Source: Chloroflexota bacterium (GTDB lineage: Bacteria; Chloroflexota; Limnocylindria; Limnocylindrales; CSP1-4). From it: a stretch of 64,000 nt of DNA. Where the stretch lies: positions 11,234 through 75,233 of the forward strand of contig JAJZRQ010000001.1 of assembly GCA_021802585.1 (NCBI GenBank), given 5' to 3'. Below, piece after piece: positions 49,529 to 61,018 of the stretch. The notes beneath the pieces are model-generated. The model saw only the letters and a list, made by a program, of their open reading frames with translations. It searched no databases and was not told where the DNA came from. The position numbers and the translations under genes are program-made. How positions within the stretch are numbered: the first letter of the stretch is position 1; each line of letters begins with the position of its first letter.

Positions 49529-50311
49529 TCAGGGCGCCGCGTGGAGCTCGGCGGCGTGGACGCGGAGCCAGCGCCGGTGCGTCGGATGGTCCGGGACCCG
49601 CGTCGCCACGAGGCCCCAGAAGCGGGGGCCGTGCCCAAAGACCCGGAGGTGGCAGAGCTCGTGCACGACGACCGTCTCGAGGACGGCCGGGGGCGCCATC
49701 ACGAGGCGCCACGCGAGCATGACCCGCCCCGCACGGGACGCGCTCCCCCACCGGCTCCGCGTGTCGCGGACGACGACGGCCGCCGGCACCACGCCGAGCG
49801 GTCCGGCATGGCGGGCGATCGCCGCCTCCACGGCGTCGCGCGCGCGGACCCGCAGCCACGCCTCGACGACCGCGGCGAGCGGGCGCCGATCGCGGGGCGC
49901 GAGGGTGACGAGCAGCACGTCCTCGCTCGCGTCGCCGGCGCGGTCCACGTGCGAGCGGCGACGCGCCGGCGACCCCGCCACGACCCGGATCCGGTGCGGG
50001 ACGCCGAGGTACCGCAGGAGCGAGCCGTCGCCGAGGTCGCCCGCCGCCGCGAGGCGCGCCGCCTCCACCGCCTGGCGGGTGAGGTGGCCGCGGATCCACG
50101 CCTCGCGCTCCGCGAGGAACGGCTCGACGAGCGATCGAGCCGGCCCTTCGCCCGTCCGTGTCCCGGGCACCGTCGCGATGACGCCACGCCGCCGGTCGAT
50201 CGTGACCCGCAGCCGGCGCGCCCGGGCGGATCGGCGGAGGGTGTACGGGAGGTCGCCACCCGCGAGGCGCGCGACCGCCGGGGACTCGACGAACGCAGGA
50301 GGACGCACCAT
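49529..50311 (-). CDS. YgjP/DUF45 (M48/SprT-like zincin) family protein
   Basis: RRSARARRLR, RSRWGS, VVVHELCHL, HGPRFW. Confidence 0.85.
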   Translation of the reverse strand: MVRPPAFVESPAVARLAGGDLPYTLRRSARARRLRVTIDRRRGVIATVPGTRTGEGPARSLVEPFLAEREAWIRGHLTRQAVEAARLAAAGDLGDGSLLRYLGVPHRIRVVAGSPARRRSHVDRAGDASEDVLLVTLAPRDRRPLAAVVEAWLRVRARDAVEAAIARHAGPLGVVPAAVVVRDTRSRWGSASRAGRVMLAWRLVMAPPAVLETVVVHELCHLRVFGHGPRFWGLVATRVPDHPTHRRWLRVHAAELHAAP

Positions 50312-50731
50312 CCGCCGATCCTGCCACAGGCGGCGCCGATCTTCTGTCCCGGCGGGGTCCTTCGGAGTGCAGGAGCCGAAGGGCGCCGGCCACCGCGCGG
50401 ACTGCTGGGCGACTGACCTGACAACGGCGGATGAAGCGCACACCGATCTGGGGTGGTGGGCCGATCACTCTCGTTGGTGGCTCCGGCCACCACCCCACCG
50501 ACGACGCTCACAAGCGTCCGCAGTTCAAGGCCACGTCTCTCCCTCGAGCCGGTGGAAGCCCGCTTCCGGTGGGAGGCGGTCGACGCGCTCAACGGCAGAC
50601 GAACCGGAGGCGGTGGCGCATCGTCAGCCCACATATCATCACGATGTCGAACCGGAGGCTGGCCGCATCGTCGGTGTCTCCCTCAGCGCGCTCCCGGTTC
50701 GGGTTCCGGACTGCCGGCAGGAGGCGCGCCC

Positions 50732-51448
50732 ATGTCGATCGCGGAAGGGGCTTCGGCCCTCGACGAGCTGCCGGCGGTCGCCCGGAGATACCTCAATCAC
50801 GCGATCGGTCCCTTGGCGGAGCTCGCCGACAGCGTGGAGCTCGAGCTTCGCGGCTCGATCCTGCAGAAGGGCCGCTGGTTCTCGTTCACCGCCCACGAGC
50901 GGCTCGAGGCGGGCGTCGGCTTCCATTGGGCGGCGCGGCTGCACTGGGGCCCGCTGATGCTTGCCGGCGTCGATCAACTCCGTTCCGGCCAGGCCAGCCT
51001 CGACTTCCGGCTCTTCGGACGGCTGCCCTTCCTGCACGCGTCCGGGCCCGACGTCATCCGGGCGGCCCATGGACGCCTCGCGATCGAGTCCCTGTGGCTG
51101 CCCTCCGCGACCCACCCCGACCTCGGTGCCAGGTGGTCGGTGCCGGAACCGACGCAACCAGATCGGGCGGAGGTCCGGCTGGCGGTCGACGGTGAGGAGG
51201 CCGTGGTCACGATGGTCGTGGACCCGAGTGGCCGTCTCGAGTCGGCCTGGGTCCCGCGCTGGGGCGACCCGACCGAGTCGGGCTCGTACGGCCTGCATCC
51301 CTTCGGGGGCGTCCTCGAGGACGAGACGACCTTCGACGGCTACGCGATCCCGGGGAGGCTCCGGGCCGGCTGGGGTTACGGCACGCCCGCCTACCGCGAG
51401 TCGTTCCGGTTCGAGATCACTGGAGCGTCGTACTCACGGGCCGCCTGA
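50732..51448 (+). CDS. DUF6544-like hypothetical protein
   Basis: LPAVARRYL, WFSFTA, ESLWLPSA, FDGYAIP, AGWGY; AGGAGG SD. Confidence 0.65.
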   Translation: MSIAEGASALDELPAVARRYLNHAIGPLAELADSVELELRGSILQKGRWFSFTAHERLEAGVGFHWAARLHWGPLMLAGVDQLRSGQASLDFRLFGRLPFLHASGPDVIRAAHGRLAIESLWLPSATHPDLGARWSVPEPTQPDRAEVRLAVDGEEAVVTMVVDPSGRLESAWVPRWGDPTESGSYGLHPFGGVLEDETTFDGYAIPGRLRAGWGYGTPAYRESFRFEITGASYSRAA

Positions 51449-51626
51449 CGGCGGCGTCGGCACCGGGCCGGTCGGCATTCACGCTGCTGATCTCCATGAC
51501 GATCGCCTGACCGTCGGCGACCGCTCAGCAGTGCACTGCCTCGAGACCTGCGTCGGCGCGCGACGACAAGACCTGACCTGACCCATCGGGTGGCCGAGCC
51601 TTGCCACCGGCTGAGGAGCGAGTCAG

Positions 51627-51986
51627 ATGGCAGGGGGCGAGATCCGGAGCTTCGCGACACCCGACGAGACGCGCACGTTCGAGAAGGGGCGGGCCGACGT
51701 CCTCGCGATCGGCGGCGGCTCCGTCGGGAGACTGACGTTCGAGCCGGGGTGGCGCTGGTCGCTCCACGTCCGGCCGATCGCCGGCACCGAGTGGTGCGAG
51801 GCGCCGCACTTCCAGTACCACCTCTCGGGACGTCTCCACGTCGTCGACTCCGACGGGGCCGAGTTCGACGCGGCTCCCGGCGACGTGACCTGCCTGCCTT
51901 CCGGCCACGACGCGTGGGTCGTCGGCGACGAGCCGGTCGTCACCGTCGACTGGGCCGGCGCCCGGGACTACGCGAGCGGCCGCTGA
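51627..51986 (+). CDS. cupin domain protein
   Basis: FEPGWRWS, CEAPHFQYHLSG, LPSGHDAWVVGDEP. Confidence 0.88.
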   Translation: MAGGEIRSFATPDETRTFEKGRADVLAIGGGSVGRLTFEPGWRWSLHVRPIAGTEWCEAPHFQYHLSGRLHVVDSDGAEFDAAPGDVTCLPSGHDAWVVGDEPVVTVDWAGARDYASGR

Positions 51987-52059
51987 CCGCGGGCGGCGCG
52001 GGCACCGTGGGCACGGGACGCGTACGCTGGCCGTCGACCACCGCCCACGAGGTGCCGCC

Positions 52060-52488
52060 ACGCCGCTCCTGACCGTCTTCGGGCTCGCGATCATCGAGAT
52101 CTGGTTCGCCGTGCCCGTGGGCCTCGCGCTCGGGGTCCCCCCGCCGGCCCTCTGGCTGGCGACGGCGGCCGGTGCCCTCCTGAGCGTGACCGTCATCGCC
52201 TTCGCCGGGGACGCGCTCCGGGCCTGGCTCGTCCGCCGGCGCGGTGCCGCGACGGTGGCCGGCGCGGGCCGCCTCTACCGGATCTGGGTCCGCTACGGCG
52301 TCATCGGCTGGGGGCTCGTCTCACCTGCCGTCTTCGCCCCGCCGATGGGCACCGCCATCGGCCTCGTCCTCGGGGCGCCGCGGGGGCGCCTCCTCGCGGC
52401 GATGGCCGCCGGGACACTCCTCTGGACGACGCTCCTCGTCGGCGCGGGGGTCGTGGGCCTCGACCTCGTCCACCTCGGCTTCGGGTGA
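52060..52488 (+). CDS. small multidrug-export-like (COG2426-type) membrane protein, apparent ACG start
   Basis: LLTVFGLAIIEIWFAVPVGLALG...RYGVIGWGLVSP; GAGGTG SD 5 nt before ACG 52060; first canonical start is GTG 52111. Confidence 0.7.
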   Translation, partial: TPLLTVFGLAIIEIWFAVPVGLALGVPPPALWLATAAGALLSVTVIAFAGDALRAWLVRRRGAATVAGAGRLYRIWVRYGVIGWGLVSPAVFAPPMGTAIGLVLGAPRGRLLAAMAAGTLLWTTLLVGAGVVGLDLVHLGFG

Positions 52489-52580
52489 GGTCCGGCGGAC
52501 GCGTCGCGCAGTCGCCCGAAGCACGGACGCGCCGCCCGGGGCCGGGCGGCCGTTCCGGTATACTCCGCCTCCGGACCAGT

Positions 52581-52656
52581 GGGGCTATAGCTCAGCTGGG
52601 AGAGCGTCTGAATGGCATTCAGAAGGTCCGGGGTTCGAATCCCCGTAGCTCCACCA
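52581..52656 (+). tRNA. tRNA-Ala(GGC)
   Basis: GGGGCTA...TAGCTCCACCA, G3-U70, anticodon arm TCTGA-AT-GGC-AT-TCAGA (A32-U38 typical of this isoacceptor); TATACT -10 at 52559-52564. Confidence 0.97.
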
Positions 52657-52673
52657 GCCCCCTGACCCGACCT

Positions 52674-52707
52674 CGACCTCCGGCGGCACGCCGGAGGTCG
52701 TTCGTTT
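52674..52707 (+). terminator. intrinsic terminator after tRNA-Ala(GGC)
   Basis: CGACCTCCGGCG-GCA-CGCCGGAGGTCG-TTCGTTT. Confidence 0.75.
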
Positions 52708-52960
52708 CGGCGTCGCCGCCCGACCCGCGGCGTCTCGTTCCCCCAGGCCCGCTGACCGTCACGTTCCGCGCGCGGGGTGCGTGATTCGCCGGATGTCGGC
52801 ACCGCCGCTCGCTCTGCTACGGTCGAGCCATGCACCCGCGCCTCCGGAACGACATCGCGCTCTTCGTCGCCGCGGTCGGCCTCGCCGCGGGCGCGCTCCG
52901 CCAGCCGGATCTGCCTCGCGCCCGAGCATCCGGCCGCCGCACGCGCTAGCATCGAGCGCC

Positions 52961-55507
52961 ATGACGACCGAACGGACCCGGATCGAGCGCTACGAACCCG
53001 CCGCCATCGAGCCGCGCTGGCAGGCGCGGTGGGCGGAGCTCGGCCTCCACCGGACCGACCTCGCGGACACGTCGCGGCCGCCGTACTACCTCCTCACGAT
53101 GTATGACTACCCGTCGGGGAACCTCCACGTCGGCCACTGGTACGTGAAGACCCCGACGGACGCCTTCGGCCGCTTCCGCCGGATGCAGGGCCACAACGTC
53201 TTCTTCCCGGTGGGCTTCGATGCCTTCGGCCTGCCGGCCGAGAACGCCGCGATCCGGAACCGGATCCACCCGGCCCAGTGGACGTACTCGAACATCGCCA
53301 ACATGCGGCGCCAGCTGCGGAGCATGGGCGCGGGGTTCGACTGGGACGCCGAGGTCGTGACCTGCGATCCCGCGTACTACCGCTGGAACCAGTGGCTCTT
53401 CCTCCGCTTCCTCGAGCGCGGCCTGGCCTACCGGGCCACCGCCCCTGTCGACTGGTGCCCGAACGACGGGACGCTCGCCCGCGAGCAGGTCGAGGGAGCC
53501 GACCGGCGCTGCTGGCGCTGTGGGGCGAAGGTCGAGAAGCGTGACCTCGCCCAGTGGTTCCTGCGGATCACGCGGTACGCCGATGAGCTCCTCGACTTCA
53601 CCGGCATCGACTGGCCCGAGCCGGTCCGCGTCATGCAGACGAACTGGATCGGGCGGAGCGAGGGCGCCGAGGTCGTGTTCCGGAGCGCCCCCGACACCCA
53701 CATCCCGGGTGGCGACGAGATCCGGGTCTTCACGACCCGCCCGGACACGCTCTTCGGGGCGACGTTCATGGTCCTCGCGCCCGAGCACCCGCTCGTCGAG
53801 AAGCTCACCTCGCCGGGCCAGCGCCCCGTCGTCGCCGCGTACATCGAGCAGGCACGGCGGGAGACCGAGATCGAGCGCCTGAACACGGAGCGCGACAAGA
53901 CCGGCGTCCCGATCGGGGCCGACGCGATCAACCCCGTGAACGGCGAGCGGATCCCGATCTGGGTCGCCGACTACGTGCTGGGCGGCTACGGGACCGGGGC
54001 GATCATGGCGGTCCCGGCCCACGACGAGCGCGACTTCGCGTTCGCCCGCCAGTTCGACCTCCCGATCCGGGAGGTGATCCGGCCCGTGGCGACGTACGGC
54101 GAGGACCGCGACCTCGTCGAGGCGTACGTCTCGAAGACGCCGGACGACGTCCTCGTGAACTCCGGCCGCTACAACGTGATGGCAGCCCCCGATGCGATCC
54201 GGGCGATCACGGCCGACCTCGAGGAGCGCGGCGAGGGCAAGGCCGCCGTGAGCTACCGGATCCGGGACTGGCTCATCAGCCGCCAGCGGTACTGGGGCAC
54301 GCCGATCCCGGTCGTCCACTGCGAGGCGTGCGGGATCGTGGCGGTCCCCGACGCGGACCTCCCGGTGCTCCTCCCCGAGACCGTCGACTACGCGGGGTCC
54401 GGGGAGAACCCGCTGGGCCGCGACGCCGCGTTCCTCCACGCGGCGTGCCCCCGCTGTGGCGGCCCCGCACGGCGCGAGACCGACACGATGGACACGTTCA
54501 TGGACTCCTCTTGGTACTGGTTCCGCTACCTGTCGTCGCGGAAGGACGACGGGCCCGTCGACCGCGCGATGCTCGACCGGTGGACGCCCGTCGCCCAGTA
54601 CACCGGCGGCGCCGAGCACGCGGTCATGCACCTCCTCTACTCCCGGTTCTTCACGAAGGCGATGGCGGACTGCGGCCTCGTCGGCCACCGCGAGCCGTTC
54701 CTCCGGCTCTTCAACCAGGGCCAGGTCCTCGGCGCCGACGGCGAACGGATGAGCAAGTCGCGGGGGAACGTCGAGGATCCCGATGCGCTCGTCGCGCAGT
54801 ACGGCGCCGACACAGTCCGCCTCTTCCTCATGTTCATGGGCCCGTGGGACCAGGGCGGGCCGTGGAGCCCGACCGGGATCGGGGGCGTCGCGCGGTTCCT
54901 CAACCGAGTTTGGACGCTCGTCCTCGACCCGCACGGCCACGAGCCGGGCGATGCCGAGGCGGGGCGCCTCCCGACGGGCGAGGATGCCGCGGCCGCCGAG
55001 AAGGCGATCCGGGGTGCCGCGCACCGGACCCTCGCCGCCGTCACGGCGGACTACGAGGGCTTCCGGTTCAACACGATGGTGGCGAAGCTCATGGAGCTGG
55101 CGAACGTCCTGTTCCGGTACCGCGGGACGGAGGTCGCCGGCGGCCCGGCGTGGGACGAGGCGGTCCGGCTCCTCCTGCTCATGCTCGCCCCGGCCGCGCC
55201 GCACGTGAGCGAGGAGCTCTGGGAGCGGCGGCACGCCGCGGCCGGGACCGCGTGGTCGTCGATCCACCTCGAGCGCTGGCCGGAGGTGGACGCGGCGGCT
55301 GCGGCGGTCGCGACGCGGGAGCTCCCGGTCCAGGTGAACGGGAAGGTCCGCGACCGGGTCGAGATCGCCGTCGGGCTGTCCGCCGCGGAGGTCGAGGCGC
55401 TCGTCCTCGCACGCCCGAAGGTGGTCGCCGCGCTGGGCGGGGCGACGCCCGAACGGATCATCCACGCCGGCGGCGGGCGGCTCGTGAACATCGTCGTCCG
55501 CGGCTGA
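52961..55507 (+). CDS. leuS: leucine--tRNA ligase
   Basis: [81 protein letters not shown]. Confidence 0.98.
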   Translation: MTTERTRIERYEPAAIEPRWQARWAELGLHRTDLADTSRPPYYLLTMYDYPSGNLHVGHWYVKTPTDAFGRFRRMQGHNVFFPVGFDAFGLPAENAAIRNRIHPAQWTYSNIANMRRQLRSMGAGFDWDAEVVTCDPAYYRWNQWLFLRFLERGLAYRATAPVDWCPNDGTLAREQVEGADRRCWRCGAKVEKRDLAQWFLRITRYADELLDFTGIDWPEPVRVMQTNWIGRSEGAEVVFRSAPDTHIPGGDEIRVFTTRPDTLFGATFMVLAPEHPLVEKLTSPGQRPVVAAYIEQARRETEIERLNTERDKTGVPIGADAINPVNGERIPIWVADYVLGGYGTGAIMAVPAHDERDFAFARQFDLPIREVIRPVATYGEDRDLVEAYVSKTPDDVLVNSGRYNVMAAPDAIRAITADLEERGEGKAAVSYRIRDWLISRQRYWGTPIPVVHCEACGIVAVPDADLPVLLPETVDYAGSGENPLGRDAAFLHAACPRCGGPARRETDTMDTFMDSSWYWFRYLSSRKDDGPVDRAMLDRWTPVAQYTGGAEHAVMHLLYSRFFTKAMADCGLVGHREPFLRLFNQGQVLGADGERMSKSRGNVEDPDALVAQYGADTVRLFLMFMGPWDQGGPWSPTGIGGVARFLNRVWTLVLDPHGHEPGDAEAGRLPTGEDAAAAEKAIRGAAHRTLAAVTADYEGFRFNTMVAKLMELANVLFRYRGTEVAGGPAWDEAVRLLLLMLAPAAPHVSEELWERRHAAAGTAWSSIHLERWPEVDAAAAAVATRELPVQVNGKVRDRVEIAVGLSAAEVEALVLARPKVVAALGGATPERIIHAGGGRLVNIVVRG

Positions 55508-55583
55508 CCCGGGCCGCGGGCGGTCGGCCTCCCGGCACGGACCCGCCGCTGGTCGCGCAGCCGCCGCGCCGACCGTCGACGCC

Positions 55584-56618
55584 CTACTTCGACGGCGCCG
55601 CCGCCGGGCAGGCTCGGTCCGCCGTGAGGCGCATCTGGTCGACCGACGGCGCGTCCGGCGGGCTGGCGAAGACGAGCAACTGGCCCTGGGAGCCCCAGGA
55701 GGCTCCCGTGAGCACGCTGCCGGCAGGGGGCTCCTCGTTCGAGCTGTAGCTGTCCCTCTCGTAGCGGTACTCGACCGGGTAGCCGCGCGCCCGCGCGTAC
55801 AGGAAGACCTGCTGCGGCGTCATCGCCTCGGCGCCGATGCAGTGGAGGAGCTGGCCGCCCGCAAAGGGAGCGTCGATCGCGACGAGCACCGGACCGCCGT
55901 CACTGGACGGGACCGGTCCTCGCGTGGTGGCGGGTTGGAGTGCCGGGAACGTGGGCAGCAGCACCAGGCGGTCGGCGTGGAATCGACCGGTCGATGCACC
56001 GTTCGCGAGCGACACCTCCGCCGGGCCATCGTAGGCCTGCCCCAGCGGACCCTCGAAGAACGTCCCGCTCGCCGTCAGCCATTCGGCACTCTGACGGCCG
56101 TCATAGGCGCGGATCTCGGAGACCCACCACGTCGCGCCATCGCTCGCGAAGTAGAGGTTGAGGCGCATCTCGACCCCGTGCTCCGTCCACGTCCACTCGA
56201 GCGTCCGGTAGGTCGGGTCGCCCGGGTCGCTGACGACCGACGCGGTGGTGACGTCGAGCGTGAAGCGCTGGCTACCGGCGTCGATGAAGAGGCCGCGCGC
56301 ATCGAATCGGATCCCTTGATAGGACGGCACCCCCGCGAGACCCGGCGCCGAGCCGGCCCCGGGCAGTTGTCCGCCGATGGCGAGGGCACCGACGGCCGCG
56401 ACGACCGCCAGCACCGCAAGGGCACCCACCCCGAGCCACTCCGGGGAGCGGACCGGGCTGCGGAGGCTGATCCGGCCGCGGGTGGCGGGCCGAGCGTCGG
56501 CGCCCCGGAGGATGCCTTCGAGGAGGCCCGGTGGAGCGGCCCGAGGCGCCTCAGCGCGGAGGAACTCGGCCACGCGGTGCTCGAGGGTGACCTCGGGGAT
56601 GTCGGCAGGGGCAGTCAT
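55584..56618 (-). CDS. putative anti-sigma factor (single TM, extracytoplasmic domain)
   Basis: ATGA-coupled to ECF sigma; short cytoplasmic N-terminus, TM helix, C-terminal domain with 2 Cys. Confidence 0.6.
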   Translation of the reverse strand: MTAPADIPEVTLEHRVAEFLRAEAPRAAPPGLLEGILRGADARPATRGRISLRSPVRSPEWLGVGALAVLAVVAAVGALAIGGQLPGAGSAPGLAGVPSYQGIRFDARGLFIDAGSQRFTLDVTTASVVSDPGDPTYRTLEWTWTEHGVEMRLNLYFASDGATWWVSEIRAYDGRQSAEWLTASGTFFEGPLGQAYDGPAEVSLANGASTGRFHADRLVLLPTFPALQPATTRGPVPSSDGGPVLVAIDAPFAGGQLLHCIGAEAMTPQQVFLYARARGYPVEYRYERDSYSSNEEPPAGSVLTGASWGSQGQLLVFASPPDAPSVDQMRLTADRACPAAAPSK

Positions 56619-57172
56619 CGAGCGGTCTCCTGGGTCCTCGCCGCCGCGGCGCGATCGTCCGCGGCCAGGGCTGCGCGCATCGCAGCGAGCGCATAGTGGA
56701 GGCGGGACTTCACGGTGCCGAGCGGCACGCCGGTCGCCTCGGCGATCTCGGGCAGGCCGAGATCCAGGTAGAAGCGGAGAGCGAGGACGAGACGGTGCTC
56801 CGGCGTCAGGAGCCCGAACGCGCGTGCGAGACGCTCCCGCTCGTCGATCGAGGACGTCTCTGCCCGCTCCTCGCGGAGCCACGGAATGTGGGGAGCGAGC
56901 GACCAGCGGCGACGGCGACGTGCCTCATCGAGCGCAGCGCGCGAAACGATGCGCGCCAGCCACGCGTCGAACCGCTCGGGGTCACGGAGCGTGCCGAGGT
57001 CACGCCACGCTCGCAGCAGCGCGTTCTGGACGGCGTCCTCGGCGGCTTCCGCATCGCGGACCACGAGATGCGCCGCCCCGTACAGCCGGTCCAGCCGGGG
57101 CGCCACGAGGGCCCCGAACGCATCCCGGTCGCCTTGCTGCGCGGCGTCGAGAAGTCGCTCGCTGTCGGTCAT
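56615..57172 (-). CDS. ECF RNA polymerase sigma factor
   Basis: GDRDAF, AEDAVQNALLRAWR, FDAWL, EIAEATGVPLGTVKSRLHYAL; GGGAGG SD. Confidence 0.92.
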   Translation of the reverse strand: MTDSERLLDAAQQGDRDAFGALVAPRLDRLYGAAHLVVRDAEAAEDAVQNALLRAWRDLGTLRDPERFDAWLARIVSRAALDEARRRRRWSLAPHIPWLREERAETSSIDERERLARAFGLLTPEHRLVLALRFYLDLGLPEIAEATGVPLGTVKSRLHYALAAMRAALAADDRAAAARTQETAR

Positions 57173-57347
57173 CTGCCTCCCTCGCCGGGCGCCTGCTCGG
57201 CGCTCAAGATGATGGCGCTCGCCGACCCGCGAAAGGTTCGATGATCGCCCGAGCGTCCGTCGCCCCGGCGAAGCCGTCTCCGACGTCCGGGCCCGCCGAG
57301 CGCGGGAGATCCCGCAGCCGAGGCGGCGATCCGGCAGAATCGGAGAC

Positions 57348-57785
57348 ATGAGGCCCTGGATACCTCGTCACGCCCGGCGGGCAGGCACGGGGAGCGCTGC
57401 CCTGGCGCTCGCGGCGCTCGCCGTCGCCGGGTGCGCCGGGTGGACGACGGACCCTGCCCTCACCCTTCGCGTCGACAGCCGGATCGACCGGCCGCTCCTC
57501 GTCTACGTCAACGGCGACTGGGTGGGGACGATCCCGGCCGGGGCGACCGACGCCACCGTCCCCGCCGCCGGCCATGGCGGACCCCCGTGGCGGGCCGAGG
57601 GCCGGGTGGCGAGCGGCACGGTCCTCGTCGCCCTGGCGATCCCCGGCGCGCCGGCCTCCGGGGAGGGCTTGACGACGACCGTGGTGACCGCCTGTGGCAC
57701 GATCACGATGACCGTTGGCGCGCCGGAGCCCGGCCCGTCGCTCATGCCACCGGGACCGGGGGGCTCACCAGCGCCGTGCGAATAG
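57348..57785 (+). CDS. putative lipoprotein, paralog 1
   Basis: Lipobox LAVAGC; LVYVNG...PPW...CG...PCE. Confidence 0.7.
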   Translation: MRPWIPRHARRAGTGSAALALAALAVAGCAGWTTDPALTLRVDSRIDRPLLVYVNGDWVGTIPAGATDATVPAAGHGGPPWRAEGRVASGTVLVALAIPGAPASGEGLTTTVVTACGTITMTVGAPEPGPSLMPPGPGGSPAPCE

Positions 57786-58195
57786 CCGTCGTCCTCGCGA
57801 CGGCGCTCCTCCTCGCGGCCTGCTCGGTCGTTCCCGGGGAGCGCCCGCCGCTCCGCGTGGCGAACGGCACGACGCTCAAGGTCGCCCTCCTCGTGAATGG
57901 GCAGGTCGTGGGGACGTTCGGCCCGGGCGAGGGGACGCCCGCAGACGGGTTCGAAGGCGCGCTGCCGCCGCTGCCCTGGACGGTCGTCGCGACGACCTCG
58001 ACCGGCCGCGTCCTGGCCACGATGACGGTGAACCCGGGCGACGTGTCGATGTCCGAGTCGGGCGGGCACGCGTCCGCCCGCGGCCGGCTGGCGCGCCTCG
58101 ACCTCTCCTGCGGGCGGCTCGACGTCTGGGCGGGCGGCCCGCAGCCGCTTGGCCCGGCTCCGGGCCCGGGAGCCCCGGGCGACTGCGTCCCCTGA
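57776..58195 (+). CDS. putative lipoprotein, paralog 2
   Basis: Lipobox LLAAC; LLVNG...LPW...CG...DCVP; overlaps paralog 1 stop. Confidence 0.7.
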   Translation: MRIAVVLATALLLAACSVVPGERPPLRVANGTTLKVALLVNGQVVGTFGPGEGTPADGFEGALPPLPWTVVATTSTGRVLATMTVNPGDVSMSESGGHASARGRLARLDLSCGRLDVWAGGPQPLGPAPGPGAPGDCVP

Positions 58196-58213
58196 CCGCG
58201 GGGCGCCGCCGCG

Positions 58214-61018
58214 CTACGCGAGGCGCATCTCCGCGCGGAGGACGTCGTCGCTCGCGCCCGGCCGGACCGCGAACCCGACCTTCTCGGCCGCGCGCCGCAT
58301 CCCGCTGTTCGTCACCCGCATGTCCGCCCCGAGCGTCGCGACCCCCTCGGCCCGGGCGATCTCGACGAGCCGCCGGAGCAGCTCCGTCCCGACCCCCCTG
58401 CCCTGGCGGGCGTCCGTGACGAGGACGGCGAACTCCGCGTCGTCCGTTCCGAACGTCCGGGACAGGCGGCCGATCCCGATGATCTGGGGCCGGCCCGTCT
58501 CCGGGCGGTCGCACTCGGCGACGAGCGCCATCTCCCGGTCGTAGTCCACGAAGCAGATCCGGATGAGCCGCTCGTGGGCCGTGCGCTCGTCGAAGCCGAG
58601 GTGCCGGAGGTACCGGCTGAAGACCGTCTCCTCGGAGAGCGACGCGTGGAACTCCACGACGAGCGGCTCGTCCTCGGGCCGGATCGGCCGGATCCGGAGC
58701 TGCTGGCCGTCCGGGCACGTCCACGTGCCGGCGTACCGGCGAGGGTACGGGCGGATCGCGAGGCGGGGCAGGTCCCGCGTCGCCGTGGCGGGGTCGTGGA
58801 GGACGACCCGCGCGTCGAGGGCGATGATCCGCTCCGGCGAGGCGAGGAGCGGGTTGATGTCGAGCTCGCTGACCCAGCGCTGCTCGCTCACGAGCTGGCT
58901 GAACCGGACGAGGAGCTGCTCGAGCTGGTCGAGGTCCACGCCCCGGCGGCCCCGGACGCCCTTGAGCGCCGTGTAGATCTTCGTGCTCTCCATCATCCGC
59001 CGGGCGAGCGTCGTCGTGAGCGGCGGGAGGCCGAGGGCGCGGTCTCGGAAGACCTCGACGAGCTGGCCGCCCATCCCGAAGAGGAGCACGGGCCCGAACT
59101 GCGGGTCGATCGAGCTCCCGAGGATGATCTCGTACCCGGTCCAGTTCACCATCGGCTGGACGGTCACGCCCTCGAAGTGCTCGGCGCCCTTCTTCGCCGT
59201 GACGGAGGCGCGGATCGCCTCGTACGCCTGGCGGACGGCCGCCGCATCCTTGAGGTTGAGCTGGACGCCGCCGACGTCGGTCTTGTGGGTGATCGTGTGC
59301 GAGTAGAGCTTCACGACGACCGGGTAGCCGATCCGCTCGGCGGCGGCGACGGCCTCGTCCACCGTCGGGGCGACGACCGTCTCCGTGATCGGGATCCCGT
59401 ACGCGGCAAGGAGCTCCTTCGATTCGTCCTCGGTGAGGAGCGTCCGCCCTTCCGCCCGCGCGGCCGCGATGAGGGCGTCCGCCCTCGAGCGATCCACCGG
59501 GTGCTCATCGTCCGAGGGGAGGGTCGGCGTCTCGTAGATCTGGCGGAGGTTGCTGTCCAGGCGCCAGGCGGCGTTGAAGACAGCGACCGCGTCGTCCGGG
59601 TAGTCGAACGTCGGGATCCCGGCCTCCCGGAGGATCGCCGTCCCCTCCGCCACGTCCTCGCCGCCCATCCAGCTCGCGAGGACCGGCTTGCCGGGGATCC
59701 GGGCGAAGCGTACGAGCTCCTTCGCGGTCGCCGTCGGGTCGGTCATCGCCTGGGGCGTGAGGATGACGAGGAGCCCGTCGCTCGCCTCGTCGCGCGCCGC
59801 GACCTCGAGGGCCTTCGCATACCGCTCGGGGGCCGCGTCACCGATGATGTCGATCGGGTTGTTGTGGCTCCACGGACCCGGGAGGAAGCCGTTGAGCTCC
59901 TCCATCGTGGCCGCGGAGATCTCCGCCAACTCCCCGCCGCCGGTGATGAGGGCGTCGGTCGCGAGGACGCCCGGGCCGCCCGCGTTCGTGACGATCGTGA
60001 GGCGCTTCCCGCTCGGGCGGGGCTGCTTCGCGAGGACCTCGGCGACGTTGAAGAGGTCGGCGATCGCGTCGACGCGCAGGACGCCGACCCGCCGGAACGC
60101 GGCGGCGAGGACCTCGTCGGAGCCCGTGAGCGAGCCCGTGTGCGAGGCCGCCGCCTTCGCGGCCTGCGCCGTGCGGCCGGGCTTGATGACGATGATCGGC
60201 TTCGACAGGGCGACCTCGCGGGCCGCCGAGAGGAAGGCCCGAGCGTCGCCGATCGTCTCCATGTAGACGACGATGCTCGTCGTCGCCGGGTCGTTCCCGA
60301 GATACGTGATCGTGTCACCCCAGCCGACGTCGAGCATCGAGCCGAGGGAGACGACCGCGCTGAACCCGACCCTTTCGCGAGCGCTCCAGTCGAGGACGGC
60401 CGTGAGGAGGGCGCCGCTCTGGCTCACGAACCCGACGGTCCCGGGGGCGGAGATCCCGGCGGCGAACGTCGCGTTCAGGCCCGTCGTCGGGCGCATGACC
60501 CCGAGGCAGTTCGGACCGATGATCCGCATCCCGTTCGCCCGCGCCGTGGCGAGGATCCGCTCCTCGAGCGCCGCTCCCTCCGGCCCGATCTCCTTGAAGC
60601 CGGCGGAGATGATGACGACGGACTTCACGCCGGCGGCGGCGCACTCCTCGACCGTCCCGGGGATCGTCGACGCGGGCGTCGCGATGACGGCGAGCTCGGG
60701 GCGCTCGGGAAGCGCGGCGATGCTCGGGTAGGCCCGCACGCCGAGGATGCTCGCCCGCTTCTGGTTCACCGGGTAGACGGTGCCGCCGAACGGGCTGCTG
60801 ATGAGGTTCCAGAAGACCGTCCGGCCGACGCTCCCCTCCTTCTCCGTGGCGCCGACGACAGCGACGGAGGACGGCGAGAAGAACGACTCGAGGGGATTCC
60901 GCGAGACGCCGAGGACGTCGCTCGCGAGGTCGCGGACGTCGCGGTCGGGCGGCGGCGCGGGCTCGGGACCCTCGAGGTCGGGGCCGGCGGGGAGGTTCAG
61001 GGAAGCGAGGTCGGGCAC
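58214..61018 (-). CDS. ADP-forming acyl-CoA synthetase (alpha+beta) fused to C-terminal GNAT (Pat/Pka-type)
   Basis: [64 protein letters not shown]...DYDREMAL...QGRGVG. Confidence 0.92.
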   Translation of the reverse strand: MPDLASLNLPAGPDLEGPEPAPPPDRDVRDLASDVLGVSRNPLESFFSPSSVAVVGATEKEGSVGRTVFWNLISSPFGGTVYPVNQKRASILGVRAYPSIAALPERPELAVIATPASTIPGTVEECAAAGVKSVVIISAGFKEIGPEGAALEERILATARANGMRIIGPNCLGVMRPTTGLNATFAAGISAPGTVGFVSQSGALLTAVLDWSARERVGFSAVVSLGSMLDVGWGDTITYLGNDPATTSIVVYMETIGDARAFLSAAREVALSKPIIVIKPGRTAQAAKAAASHTGSLTGSDEVLAAAFRRVGVLRVDAIADLFNVAEVLAKQPRPSGKRLTIVTNAGGPGVLATDALITGGGELAEISAATMEELNGFLPGPWSHNNPIDIIGDAAPERYAKALEVAARDEASDGLLVILTPQAMTDPTATAKELVRFARIPGKPVLASWMGGEDVAEGTAILREAGIPTFDYPDDAVAVFNAAWRLDSNLRQIYETPTLPSDDEHPVDRSRADALIAAARAEGRTLLTEDESKELLAAYGIPITETVVAPTVDEAVAAAERIGYPVVVKLYSHTITHKTDVGGVQLNLKDAAAVRQAYEAIRASVTAKKGAEHFEGVTVQPMVNWTGYEIILGSSIDPQFGPVLLFGMGGQLVEVFRDRALGLPPLTTTLARRMMESTKIYTALKGVRGRRGVDLDQLEQLLVRFSQLVSEQRWVSELDINPLLASPERIIALDARVVLHDPATATRDLPRLAIRPYPRRYAGTWTCPDGQQLRIRPIRPEDEPLVVEFHASLSEETVFSRYLRHLGFDERTAHERLIRICFVDYDREMALVAECDRPETGRPQIIGIGRLSRTFGTDDAEFAVLVTDARQGRGVGTELLRRLVEIARAEGVATLGADMRVTNSGMRRAAEKVGFAVRPGASDDVLRAEMRLA

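Noticed and set aside
50312..50731. Gene or ncRNA in this A/T-richer intergenic gap
   Set aside because: No ORF with convincing codon bias or recognisable RNA motif; possibly decayed foreign DNA.
52700..52960. T-box leader upstream of leuS
   Set aside because: No T-box consensus seen; a -10 hexamer lies 8 nt before the ATG.
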